DNA from: Raja brachyura
Lineage: Eukaryota
DNA length: 64,000 nucleotides
Assembly: GCA_963514005.1 (NCBI GenBank)
Contig: OY740799.1
Location: forward strand, 10,416,001-10,480,000
Direction: 5' to 3'
The translations under genes and the position numbers were made by a program. The notes under the pieces were generated by a model. The model made no database searches, had not been told where the DNA came from, and worked only from the letters and a program-made list of their open reading frames with translations. Below, piece by piece: positions 1-12,125 of the stretch (position 1 is its first letter; each line of letters opens with the position of its first letter).

Positions 1-69
1 GGGTGCTTTGGTCTTTCCATTATTTAATCATCTCATATTTTTACATTTACCGAATAACTCTTTGGTGTG

Positions 70-190
70 GGAAGGAATTGCAGATGCTGGTTTACATCAA
101 AGATAGACACAAAACGCTGGAGTAACTCAGTATGATAGGCAGCATCGCTGGATGGAAGGAATGGGAGATATTTCGGGTTGAGACCCTTAG
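70..190 (-). repeat. Dispersed Penelope-like terminal repeat. Other copies: about 4682-4770 +, 5665-5880 -, 6560-6673 -, 13345-13412 -, 41355-41440 -, 46400-46525 -, 47420-47660 -, 47815-47905 -, 56065-56190 +, 57840-57965 +, 59250-59360/60377-60400 -, 63880-64000 -
   Basis: Recurrent sequence gacacaaaatgctggagtaactcagcgggacaggcagcatctctggag...gggtgacgtttcgggtcgagacccttcttcagac. Confidence 0.7.
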
Positions 191-520
191 TCATAGAGTG
201 ATACAGTGTGGAAACAGGCCCTTCGGCCCAACTTGCCCACGCCAGCCAACCATGTCCAGGCTACACTAGTCCCACCTGGCTGCACTTAGTCCATATTCCT
301 CCAAACCTGTCCTATCCATGTACTTATCTAACTGTTTCTTAAACGATTAGAACAGCCTCAACTACCTTTTCTGGCAGCATGTTCCATACACCCAAATTTG
401 TGTGAAAAATTCTGATTCAAATCTTTTCCCCTTGACCTTGAACCTATGTCCTCTGGTCCTCGATTCCCCTACTCTGGGCAAGAGACTCTGTGCATCTTCT
501 GTGCACCCATCTTCATACTT
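190..520 (-). mobile_element. CR1/HER1 LINE 3' fragment
   Basis: ORF 362..601 contains ESRTRGHRFKVKGKRF (CR1 ORF2 C-terminus); HE1/HER1-type tail ggaaacaggcccttcggccca. Confidence 0.8.
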
Positions 521-1979
521 TCTTGTGTTGATACATGTGTCTAGTGAAGGCACAATCTGGCTTGATTGGATTATTTCCCAACTCTTGCTAGCACAGGTCA
601 CATGTGGAGAGGTACTAGATAGATATTAACACGAGGCTGCATCCTAATGTGACCAGGTGCCTTTAAGATTATTAGGAAAAATAATGTATTGTTCAGATGC
701 TTTAAAAAAAAAAATCAAAATATTTCCCCAGCTGCCATTATCGTTCTTACTCTTCCTGCACAAAGTAAATAAAAAGTGTCAACTGTGTGGGGACTTATTT
801 AAGAATCCAAAGTTGTCACCAACGCTAGTTTCATTGGGCAACATACAGCTGCCTCAAGTGAATCATGCTGAGCTGAGCAAATGAGCAGAGAAGAAATGAA
901 TGTCTTGCTTACTAATTGCACCTAGGGTCCCATGGGAGATAATCTTGTTGCTGGTTGCCATTGCGTGGCACTTGTGAGCAGGTGTAACATGCACTCGTGT
1001 TGGTCCTAATTTCAGGAGCTGCTTGTGTTTTGTGAATGCCAGCATCACAAGTATATGTGTTTTATTTTCCTTGTTACTGAATGAGCCAGGTGAGACTGCC
1101 GTGCTGTGAGCTGCTAATTAAACTTGGGCTGAGCCAGGTATGAGGCTGATTGTGTCCCCTGTGGATTAGATAAAGACCCTCTTAACAAGAGCATCAAGGT
1201 GCTGTAGCCCCTGTACACACTCCCAATGCTGTAATTAAAACCATCTGGAAAGTGGCCAAAGGATCCCAGGCGCAGATAAGGGGAGGAAGTTTGAATTTTG
1301 GGGGGGAAAAGAAATGCATGAAGCAGGTAACTGAAGCTGAAATCTTGTGTTAAAAATTAGGTTTTATTAATCCAATGAAGTGACTATTTTATGCCCGTAA
1401 TTGCTTAACCAGATTCAAATTCATGTTAAATGTCTTTATCCCACTCTCACCTGTCTTTCTGTATGTAGCATTTTTTGTCCTCTGTCGTATGCGTCACATA
1501 TGATGTGCTATCTTGAAATATCAAGACATGTGCAATTAGTAAGTATGGCAGCTACTTTGAACACTTGAACACATGCCTAATAAAACACAAAAATTGCTCA
1601 CCCATGGATGTCCAAGTCTGTTGTTGCAGGCATTGCTTTAGCTGAGTGTCTTATTGGAACTAAACAAAAGAACTGGAGTGATATAATTACTATATACTGG
1701 GCTATTGTGTATATCATTCTAGACTTTCGAATTACTTCAAATTTTTACTTGGTGTGTGGGTTTTGCTGGCAAAGTTCCAGTACCCTTAATTCATCACTGC
1801 TCATTTAAAGTCACCTGTACACCTGACCAATGTTAGATCTTTGATTCCAAGCTACTCCATCAAAATTCAAAGTAGCATTTCCAGGTGCAAGTTGAAAATG
1901 CTAAAATCTTATACTTGTGTTGATAAATGAAACGGGTCATTGTATGCTGTTTGTAGGATGAAAATGAGAAGCTGGTGCG

Positions 1980-2212
1980 ACTTGGGTGTGGGAGGGATAG
2001 AGAGAGAGAGAATGCCGGGGCTACCTGAAGTGAGAGAAATCAATATTCATACCACAGGGCTGTAAGCTGCCCAAGCGAAATATGAGATGCTGTTCCTCCA
2101 ATTTGCGTTTAGCCTCACTCTGACAATGGAGGAGACCGAGGACAGAAAGGTTTGTGTAGGAATGGGAAGGAGAATTAAAGTGTCCAGCAACCAGGAGATC
2201 AGGTTGGTTCAC
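1980..2212 (-). mobile_element. Penelope-like element fragment (C-terminal part of GIY-YIG endonuclease)
   Basis: ORF 2021..2212 (VAGHFNSPSHS...LEEQHLIFRLGSLQPCGMNIDFS) resembles the C-terminus of vertebrate Penelope-like endonucleases; a near-identical peptide occurs at 22468..22725. Confidence 0.75.
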
Positions 2213-2912
2213 GCATTTCCATCCGCTTTTACTAATGCTGAATATCTCCTCATAGCGTCATACAGCATGAAAACACACTAGTCGGCCTCATGTCTTCGCT
2301 GCAACCATCAGGTATCCATTTTGTTGACGAACAACATTGAATACAACAATAATACAAAATTGATGATGTTTTGTTATATAAAACCAAGTTAAATTGCAAA
2401 GAAAAAGCAGATGAGCCAGGTTTATGTTCCCTGACATTCGTAGAGTTGAGGTGATTTGATTTAAAAAAAATCAGAGGAATTAATATGGTAGATCTGGTTA
2501 GGGAGTCTAGTATGAGATATCACAATTAAATGGTAAGCCTTTCAAGAATGAAGAAAAATATTTCTACATAGGATTTTGGATCTCTTCAGTAAATGGCAAC
2601 TGATACTAGATTTACTTAATTTCAAAGGCAGGGTTTCTCTTTAAACACAAGTGATTTGGGACAACTGTCAGAGTAAGTGGAATTGGGTCACTGTGGCTAC
2701 ATTGAAAAAAGGAATAAGATAAAGACTAAATGTCCTGCTTCAGTTCCTGTGTTATGTATGGTCCCTGTGAAGAGTAGTGGATGTCAACAGTCCACATAGG
2801 AACCAATTAGAGCCTCATATTGTCCTTTTTGTCAACTCCAGAGGAATAATTTGTTCGTTCTCCTGTGTATGTGCATGCACACTCAACTCAGGAAACTCAA
2901 GTTAAAGCATAA

Positions 2913-3231
2913 AGGCCTTGTCCCACTTTCCCGAGTTACTCACAAACTCTCCCGAGTTTTCCCCTTGATTCGAACACGGAGAATTACGGTAATAGCCATT
3001 CGTAGGTACTCGGGGCTATTTTTTTTACTCGTGGACATTTTTCAACATGTTGAAAAAACGTCCCGACTTACCTGATACCCCGAGTTCCTACGGCTGGCAT
3101 TACGAGCCGCTACGAAACATCTACGGGCTCCTAAGAGCTCGCTACCGACATTACCTGACATTCCCCGAGTTCGAATCAAGGGGAAAACTCGGGAGATTTT
3201 GTGAGTAACTCGGGAAAGTGGGACAAGGCCT
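2913..3231. mobile_element. PIF/Harbinger-like MITE
   Basis: 63-bp terminal inverted repeats (2913-2975 / 3169-3231, one mismatch) starting AGGCCTTGTCCCACT; TAA flanks on both sides; no coding capacity. Confidence 0.85.
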
Positions 3232-6016
3232 TAACTATTGTTTTGCTATTTAGTGAAATCAAGCAACCCTCACAGAGGTCTTGAATTTGTTTTTCCAGAA
3301 ATCTGTAGAGCAACGTCCCTCTTCCCTTCCTTTTGTCTAAAACATGACATATTTCCATCATGTTTCAGATCTGCCTATTTTGTAAATTAGCAACAAACTC
3401 TCCTTCGCCAACAATTTTAGTTCCCGGCCGGCATTTACAGTCTGTAGTTGTCATTGAAATGTTTTGTCTGTGTCCTTTCCTTGAATTCTTGTACAATGTC
3501 ATGCACAGTGACTCCAACTCTGAAAATATTCTAGTCTGGTGTTACCAAAACTTCCTCGGCTCCACATTATCAGAGTTTAACTGTTATTGTGAGTTGCAAA
3601 ATTGAGAGTGATGAATTGTAGCAGGATGTGATGGAATGGGCAAATATAACAAATGGGGTTTAATGCTAAGAAATGTGAGGTAATGTTTTTTGGTAGGAAG
3701 AATGAGGAGGAGTAGCATAGAAAAAAAATTATACTGTCCTAAAAGTGATGAGGAATCAACAGGAACTCGATGCATGTCATTGCATGCAGTGGCAGTTCTG
3801 AGCTTTATCAATGTAGGCTTCCAATATCAATGCAGAAGTCCTGCTGAACCTTCATAATTGAAAAATTGTATCATCTACAGTAGTGTTCAATGTTGGTTGC
3901 CTTATAGGTAGGATGTGAAAACACTGGAAGAAATCCCAGAATGTTTTCTGGAACAAGGAATGACGGTTATAAGGCTGGAGGTTGGAGGGGCAGGGACTGT
4001 TTGCATCAGATAATGGAAGAATACGGGAAATCTCGATAGATGTATGTAAAATAACGACGTGTCAGGGCGGGATGGATAAAGGCAGACCATTACCATTGGA
4101 GATGGGAAGGATGGGGACCAAATGTAACATGAACGACGCCTTGTTGTTACTTGACTAAACAATGCACTTCCACTGATGGACATATTGGGGACTCTATGGG
4201 AGAAATAATCATTTGGGGAAAGGTCAATTTCAGTATGATGAAAATAGATCTAGTGTGTGTGAATTGGGATCAAAGTTCAGCAACAAAACCATAATTGAAC
4301 AATCCTTTGAAGTATAGTGTAGGGAAAAGAGTAGGGACATTAAAGTCAAAACTCTGAATGGGAGTAAATCCTACCTCGAAGAATTCTCTCTAATAGTTTC
4401 CTTACCACTGATGTGAGGCTCACCGACCTGTAGGTTTTCTCTATCTTCTTTCTTAAACAAAGGAACAACATTGGACCTGTAGCTAGTCAGTACTATAACC
4501 AATGCTTTGGGGCCATATTTCCAAATTTGCAAATTACACAACATTTGAGGAGGAATTAACTGTGATGTGGAGAGCAATAGATCCCAATTAAATGTTGACA
4601 GGTTATTGAAATGTGGGGATAGGCCAAGGACAGTATGAGTGAACAATTCCTCTTGGACTTGACAATCCAATGCCAGCAAGAATGGTCTTGACCCAAAACG
4701 TCACCCATTCCTTCCATCCAGAGATGCTGCCTGTCCCGCTGAGTTACTCCAGCATTTTGTGTCTATCTTCAATCCAGTGCCAGCATGGTTACAGTGTGCC
4801 AGTGTTCACTTTAGAAACAATGCTTTATAAACCAAGTTGGATACAGACATAGAGTGAAACTGTTCCTATTGGCAGAGGAATCAAGGAGACATTGAATGAA
4901 GATGATTGGCAAAAGAACCAAAGTGAAATGAGAATTTTGTTTTTAACACTTTGAGTTGTTAGAATGTGGAATGCACTGCAAGGAGTAACATTGGAGACAG
5001 ATTGCATTATTAAAAACAGATCAGGTAGGTATCTGAAAGGGAGGAATTTACAGTGCTAGGGAGTGAGGGCAAGGAATTGGACCAGTTGAATTGTTTTTAC
5101 TCAGACAGTACTCGACTGGCTAAATATAATCATTCTACGGTTTGAACAACTAATCAATCTGATTGGACACAGGTGATCCAGTTCTAATTCAATTGGTGCT
5201 TTAATCCACTATGAATGTAATTAATCTACTTCAATCAATAGATGACATGCAATTCGTTTCAAGCCCTACTTTGTGATGAGAAAATAGAATTCAAATTAAT
5301 GTGAACTAATTTATAGTGTACAGTAGGTGCTATTTATACCCAATGTTGTGAAGCTTTCTAATTCCCCATACTGGCATCTGTATTGAATCTCACAAAAACA
5401 ACGATTAAGTTACTAATAAAGCTTGATAACAGACATATATCGCACAACCACCAGCCTTAAAGATTTTGACATCATTCAGCTCAATAAATAAAGCATAGGT
5501 GCCCTTCCCCCCCCCCCCCCCAACCCAACCCCACCCCACCCCACCTCCGCTGCATCTACTTCACCAAATAGAGTCCGAAACAGAGAATAATCTAATGAGC
5601 TGGAGTTAGTATATTTGTTTTTAGTTGGCAATAAGTGTGAAGTGCATGGGGCAAAGGAAAAAGATCTGCAGATGCTGGTTTACACCAAAGGTAGACACAA
5701 AATGCTAGATTAACTCAGCGGGACAAGCAGCATCTGGAGAGAAGGAAGGTGATGTTTTGGGCCGAGATGCTTCTACAGACTGAGAGTCGGGGAGAGGGAA
5801 ACTAGAGATATGGAAGGGCAAGGTGTTAAAATGGCTGATCAAAGCAGACGATTGCCAAGGAAATGTAGAATGGTTCAACGCTTGTGCATCTCCATTTTTT
5901 TAAACAAAGCATTAGCTACCTCTTGGGTGATGTATTTTCCCTGTAAGCCTGGGAATCTAATTATTTCCAAGTGTCTGTTAGGTCAGATGACTATCTCTCC
6001 ATCTTGCTTCTTCTAG

Positions 6017-6175
6017 GCGCAGCTCCGAGCTTTTATTCCAGAAATGCTGAAGTACTCAACAGGCCGTGGGAAACCTGGCTGGGGGAAGGAGAGCTGCCGG
6101 CCTTTGTGGTGGCCCGATGACATACCGTGGGCCAATGTGCGCAGTGATGTTCGTTCAGAGGAACAGAAGCAGCGG
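6017..6175 (+). CDS. NRF1: NRF1 internal coding exon (DNA-binding domain): AQLRAFIPEMLKYSTGRGKPGWGKESCRPLWWPDDIPWANVRSDVRSEEQKQR
   Basis: Acceptor ttcttctag ends 6016; donor gtaag at 6176; 159 nt, phase 0/0. Translation is nearly identical to vertebrate NRF1 as recalled. Upstream exons lie outside the window. Confidence 0.98.
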
Positions 6176-6672
6176 GTAAGGAGGTTGTTGGAGGGGTGCT
6201 GGACCGTGTTATATTAAATAATGGAAGTTTCTGAAATGAATCTGAAAAGTAAACTGCAAGATAGCGAAAACCTCTGAAATATATATAACTGCAATCATTT
6301 GCTTTCCGGCTGTTAATTTTACATTCTATTGTGATTTATTGTGTGGGCAAGATATTTATTCACAGTGGTGGGTGTCTGGAACGCTCTCCTCGGGGTGATG
6401 CTGGAGGCAGATATAATAGGGGCATTTAAGAGGCTTTTAGATAGGCACATGAACATGCATGGAATGGAGAGATGTGGATCATGTGCAGGCACAGGAGATT
6501 AGTTTCAGTTAGCATCATGTTCAGCACAGGCATTGTGGGCAGGAGGGCCTGTTACTGTGTAGACACAAAGAACTGCAGATGTTGGTTAATGCACAAAAGG
6601 ACACAAAGTGCTGGAGCAACAGCAGGTCAGGCAGCATCTCTGGAGAACATAGATGGGTGATGTTTTGGATTG

Positions 6673-7347
6673 ACAAGTAAACATGCAGGAACAGCAGGCA
6701 GTGAAGAAAGCTAATGGCATGTTGGCCTTCATAATGAGAGGATTTGAGTATAGGAGTAAAGATGTCCTTCTGCAATTGTACTGGGCCTTGGTGAGACCAC
6801 ATCTGGAGTATTGTGTGTAGTTTTGGTCTTCTAATTTGAGGAAGGACATCCTTGCTAATGAGGGAGTGCAGCGTAGGTTCGCAAGGTTAATCCCCGGGAT
6901 GGCAGGACTGGCATATGAGGAAAGATTGGAAAGACTGGGCTTGTATTCACTGAAATTTAGATGGATAAGAGGGAATTTTAGAGAAACATATAACATTATA
7001 AAAGGACTGGACAAGCTTTATATAAGGAACATTTTCCCAATGTTGGGGGAGTCCAGAACCAGGGGCCACAGTCTAAGAATAAAGGGGAGGCCATTTAAAA
7101 CTGAGATGAGAAAAAACTTTTTCACCCAGAGAGTTGTGGATTTGTGGAATTTTCTGCCACAGAAGGCAGTGGAGGCCAATTCACTGGATGAATTAGTTAC
7201 ATAGAGTTCTTGGGACTAGCGGAATCAAGGGATATGGGGAGAAGGCAGGCATGGATTACTGATTGTGGATCAGCCATGATCACAATTAATGGTGGTGCTC
7301 GCTCGAAGGGCCGATTGGCCTCCTCCTGCACCTATTATGTTTCTATG
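6673..7347 (+). mobile_element. CR1 LINE, 5'-truncated (RT C-terminus plus 3' tail)
   Basis: Peptide EGVQRRFARLIPGM...ESRTRGHSLRIKGRPFKTEMRKNFFTQRVV; ends ggcctcctcctgcacctattatgtttctatg. Confidence 0.9.
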
Positions 7348-8675
7348 AGACTGAAGACGGTCGAGAGTCTGAAGAAGGGTGAATGAATATGTATGGCAAC
7401 CAGCTCATGAGTTCTCCAACGGGTTGGGGGGTGGTAGTAGCTAAAAGTATGTGGAAGCTTCCATGTTGAATTGTTAGTCTATGTTGAAATTGAGTTCTGT
7501 CAGACAGAGCAGGAACTGCATTGTACAATCATTAATTAAATGAGAAGTCATTACATTTAAGATAGCTATTAACAAACTCAGAAAGGTGTTCAGGGAAAAC
7601 CTTTGTTAGACAAAGAAAGTTTCCAAAATATTAGTGTTCACACTCTCACATGTTATCCATCTTTTGCTACTCACCTTAACAACTGCATGTGGTAACAGGG
7701 TTCACATTCCAATCACTCTCTTCAGTTAAATATATTTCTCTAATTTATTAGCTGCTGGTTATAATTGGAAACATCACTATTCTGCTAACTTCAAACTCTT
7801 CCAGGATCTTTAAAGGTTATCAGCAGACCACTTGTGGGGAGCTTGCAATTAAGTAAATTCAATGAAAAGATCATCAAACAATCCAGTCAGGGTTTGCCAG
7901 AAACTTCTTTACTCAAGGGCTGGTGAGAATGTGGAACATCCTTCTGCTGAGAGTATTAAGGAAAATAACTTAAGATGCATTTAGAGGGAGGGTGTTCAAG
8001 TATGTAAGTGGAAATAGAGGGTTATGTAGGTAGGTTCAGTGAAAGAAAGATGTGAGGAGGCACAAGAGGAGTACAAATACTGGCATGAACTTGTTGGGGC
8101 TGGGTAATCTGTTTCAGTACCAAATATCCTATGTAAACCGAGCTAACGCATGGGTATTAGTGCTCCATCTAAGCGTACCACAGATCTACCCAATTCCTCT
8201 ATCCTATTTTGTTATGCATTTTCCTTGGAATATTCAACCTATTCAAAGCAATTGTAGTTGAATTTGGAGATACAACGTGGAAACAGGCCCTTTGGCCCAC
8301 CGAGTCCATGCCGACCAGCGATCCCCGTACACTAGCACTATCCTACACACTAGGGACAATTTACAATTCTTACCTAAGCCAGTTAACCTGCAAACCTGTA
8401 TGTCTTTGAAATGTGGGAGGAAACCGGAGTTCCCGGGGAAAACCCACGCAGGGAGAAATATCAGCATGGCCAAGTCCTTATTATTGCAGAATTCATTTCA
8501 TAATAATCAGCTTGCTCCTCATGACTACCAGGTGACTGATGTTGCAAATAAATCATCTGAAAGATAATTTTCAACTGATATCAAATACCTTTTAGGATGG
8601 GATGGAAGTGATGTAACAAATATACCATCTGATATTTGATATGATTGTATGTAAAGGTTGAATTTGTCACCATAG

Positions 8676-8861
8676 GTATCCTGGACACAGGCGCTGAGGA
8701 CGATAGTTAAGAACTGTTACAAACAGCATGGGAGAGAGGATTTGTTGTATGCTTTTGAAGATCAGCAGACTCACCCACAGACACACATTGCCCATCTCGT
8801 CCCTTCTCAGACCGTGGTACAGACAATCAGTAACCCAGATGGGACAGTTTCCCTTATACAG
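8676..8861 (+). CDS. NRF1: NRF1 coding exon: VSWTQALRTIVKNCYKQHGREDLLYAFEDQQTHPQTHIAHLVPSQTVVQTISNPDGTVSLIQ
   Basis: Acceptor catag ends 8675; donor gtgagt at 8862; 186 nt, phase 0/0; matches NRF1. Confidence 0.98.
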
Positions 8862-9317
8862 GTGAGTTTTGAGTTTTTCTGTTGCTTCTCACAGAATCGC
8901 ACCTTATATGTGAGAAATTAATGCAGGAGTTGACCTTCAATCCTGCTTCCCCATTCATCAAGATCATGGTTGATTTTCTATTTTCTATTTTTTTGTGCAA
9001 AGAGATATACGGTTAACATTTCAGGTTAATTGCAGGATTTTATTTGAAACGTTAACCTTGTTTTTCTGTCCCTAGATAGTGGCTGATCTACTGAGTGGTT
9101 CCAGTATTTTCAATTCTTATTTAGGATTCCCTGCCATTTTCATTCTTCACTGCTCTAACCTGTTGGCCAACCTCCTGTGTGGGACGTATATTGAAAGCTT
9201 TCTGGGAATACAAATACACCACATTCACATATTCGTCCTTATCTATTCTACTAGTTCAAAAATCTCCAGTAGATTAGTCCAGCACATCCCACTCCTTAAA
9301 TCCATTAAGTCTTCTGC

Positions 9318-9935
9318 GATATGATACGATAAAACTTTATTCATTCATGGAGGGAAATTGGTCTGCCGACAATCACAAGGCACACAAAAACTTGAACTTA
9401 AAAGTGAAAACAAAAAGAAAAAAGACAAGCGACTGTTGGCTGGCTCGCGTTTGCACAGCGCCTTCACCAGAACAAATGAACAAACAAACAAACACCGACT
9501 TATCCCTTGGGCAGAGGATACTAAACTAGAGCGCCCCCCTCCCCCACACCGGGCCCCCCATTGTTCTTCCTCCGTCCCTCACAGTGGTCCCCCCCACGCC
9601 AGGTTCCCATTGGTCTTTATGGCAGTTCCCCCACGCCGGGTCTCCATTATCCTCCCCTCTCCCCCTCACGCTCGTCGACCGCGAGGCACCACCGCTGCTG
9701 AGGCCTATGTTGCCACCGAGACCCCGCTCCCGCTAACGACGCCACCGCTGAGGCTCCTTCGGCCCTGGCTTCACCTCAGTCCCCTGGAGGCCTGTGGGGC
9801 GAGTCGGGCCTACCGGGACGTGTTCCAATCTTCAGTCGCCGTTCTGGTCGGCGGGTGGATCGTGCCCGCGCGGCTCCACGGGACACTCCCACTGCGCGCG
9901 TGGCTCCCGGGCTCCTGACTCATCAAGTCTGCGGC
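9318..9935 (-). mobile_element. GC/CpG-rich unclassified retroelement end with internal short repeats
   Basis: aataaagttttatcgtatcat-type tail on the - strand; abrupt GC-rich block; three copies of cccccac(a/g)cc(a/g)gg....ccatt at about 9541, 9591 and 9627. Confidence 0.45.
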
Positions 9936-11109
9936 TCTCACTATCTACTTGGAACGAAGTCTCACAAAATCTTCATGCCCTAACTCCCCTTCCTGGTATT
10001 CATAAATTGTTCTCCTTCTTCGGGATCAGCCCCCTTCAAAGCTATTGTCTTTTCCCTCAAGAGGAATTGACCCGTATATGCTAACCTTTATCTTCATTTT
10101 CCCTTGCTGCCCTGAAGGCCTCGAACCAGTATTCACTCCCAAATCTGTGCCCATCTATTCTGCAACTCCTTTTTTTTCAAACTTTAATGACACTTTGGCC
10201 TGTGCTGCAACGTAGAAACAATCCTCATCACCATCCTAAATTTCTGCTTCTGTGACTGTGACAATGGCGCTGTGTCCTTCTTGACTTGACTCCAACCGTT
10301 GATCACAGCTCCTTCTGCAATATCTGTCTGGGATATGGAACAATTGGCCCCAATGTTACCAGTACTATTGTTCCCAGAGAATCTCTGCAAGGGCATCTTT
10401 TCCTTTCCTGTTCTTTAGCTGATTCAGTTGAATGTGGATTTATCTTGGCTCCTTCATGTTTCTGAACTGCCTATTGGCCCTCTGACATTATCTACAAACA
10501 TAATGATCCACAGATTTGCTGCTGCTAATCATCTGCACCTCATCACCATTCATCTTAATTTATCCACATTTTCTGACTTGTCAAAAGTGTAATGTCCTAT
10601 TTGGAGGGGGGGTGAATTTTTCTCCATTTAAAAAAGTAAAGAGCAAACCCATAATCTTCAACCTGATCACCTTTATATTCTTTCACTGTCACTCTGCGCT
10701 CGTCAAACGATTAAATTTTCCAACATTCTACTGGATCCCATTCGCCCTTCATCGCAAAGGTACTGACTAATAAGATGCCTCTAATATCATCAACCTTCAA
10801 TCCTACAGCATTTCATCTGCTGCTGAAACCCTCAATGTACGTTACGTCCAGATGCAATCATAGTTCTCCTGGGCTCAAATTTCCCATTTGAGTTCATCAA
10901 AAACTCTGTACTTGTAACTATACAAGTCTGCTTGCTGACTTTGGCTTCCAGTCCAGAAAAGCCACATTTCTCAAATTCTTGCCTGTAATTTTAATCTCTA
11001 GGTCCTCGCCCAACATGTTTCCACCTCCTTTGGCCTATCTGAGAACTCATTACTCCTCACACCATGCCCCCTTGTTGATATACCTCACCTATTTCACCGT
11101 GCTGCTGGT

Positions 11110-11560
11110 TTCAAGTCAAGTCAAGAGAGTTTATTGTCATGTTTCCCAGATAGGACAATGAAATTCTTGCTTGCTGCATCACAACAGAATATTGTAGGCA
11201 TAAATACAGATCAGATCAGTGTGTCCATATACCATAAAATATATATCTACACACTGAAATAAGCAGATAAAGTACAATAGGCTGTTATAGTTCAGAGTTT
11301 GTTTGAAGTTGTGTTTAATAGTCTGATGGTTGCGGGGAAGCAACTGTTCCTGAACTTGGATGTTGCAGATTTCAGGCTCCTGTACCTTCTACCTTATTCT
11401 TTCGTGTGGCATGCACAGCCTAAAGTTGTAGGATAACTTGTTCTATTTGATCTTCCGTTTGTGCACGTTGAGTTGTTTGCATTAGTCGAAACAGGGCGGA
11501 CCACGTGAAGGTTGCAATCTCCCGCCCCTACCTTCTACCTAACGGCAGCGGAGAGATGGC
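11110..11560 (-). mobile_element. Rex1/Babar-like LINE 3' end (interrupted by ribozyme-retroposon copy 1)
   Basis: (CTTGA)n tail and aataaa on the - strand; reconstructed coding end resembles LPxGRRYRSL...FRNS.FP..IRLLN; homologous 3' UTR at 53780-54072. Confidence 0.7.
11395..11528 (-). mobile_element. Short non-autonomous retroposon headed by an HDV-like ribozyme, copy 1
   Basis: 12-bp TSD taccttctacct at 11383-11394 and 11529-11540; ribozyme fold at 11475-11528; inserted into a Rex1 3' fragment. Confidence 0.88.
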
Positions 11561-12125
11561 AGGTCAAGGGCAGGGCCCCTACTGGTTTGAGTCTGCAGCT
11601 GATTAGCGTTGAACTGTCTTTTGTAGTTTATGCTTTGATTTGGGCTAGCTGTAAATGTATGTTTGCTACTTTGGAGAAAATATGTTGGTTGAATATGTTG
11701 CTCATGCTTTGTTTGTTACATTTCTTCCTCGTTCTGTTTATGATTTTGTAGAACCTTATCCAAAACTTATTCTTCATCTATGAGCCATTTCCCAAATCTC
11801 AAATTCTTATTTGACAGTAAAGTGCAGTTTAATCTTGTTGTTACGTACCTCTTTATAATGCATTTCATTTGTAGTAATCAGACACCACTGTCTCTTTAAG
11901 AACACAGTCTGTTAGTTACACTCAGGGAGGCCACTGAAAATGACAAGCAATTGCTTTGATCGACACTGGGGCAATAATTGTATTAAACAATGTAACAAAC
12001 TGCCTTTAGTATTTTTTAGCATGCAGTAACACAAATATATATTTTTAGCTATTAAAATGAACCTTGTGCTTGAAAACAACGTAGTTTCACGAAGTGATCA
12101 CTGGTTGATTGGAGTAAATCCCTAA

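Noticed and set aside
5500-5550. C/G homopolymer tracts (also about 19800, 20700, 22390, 46620)
   Set aside because: Simple low-complexity runs with no further structure.
9358-9918. 186-aa Pro/Arg-rich ORF
   Set aside because: By-product of a GC-rich repeat; no recognisable domain or splice context.
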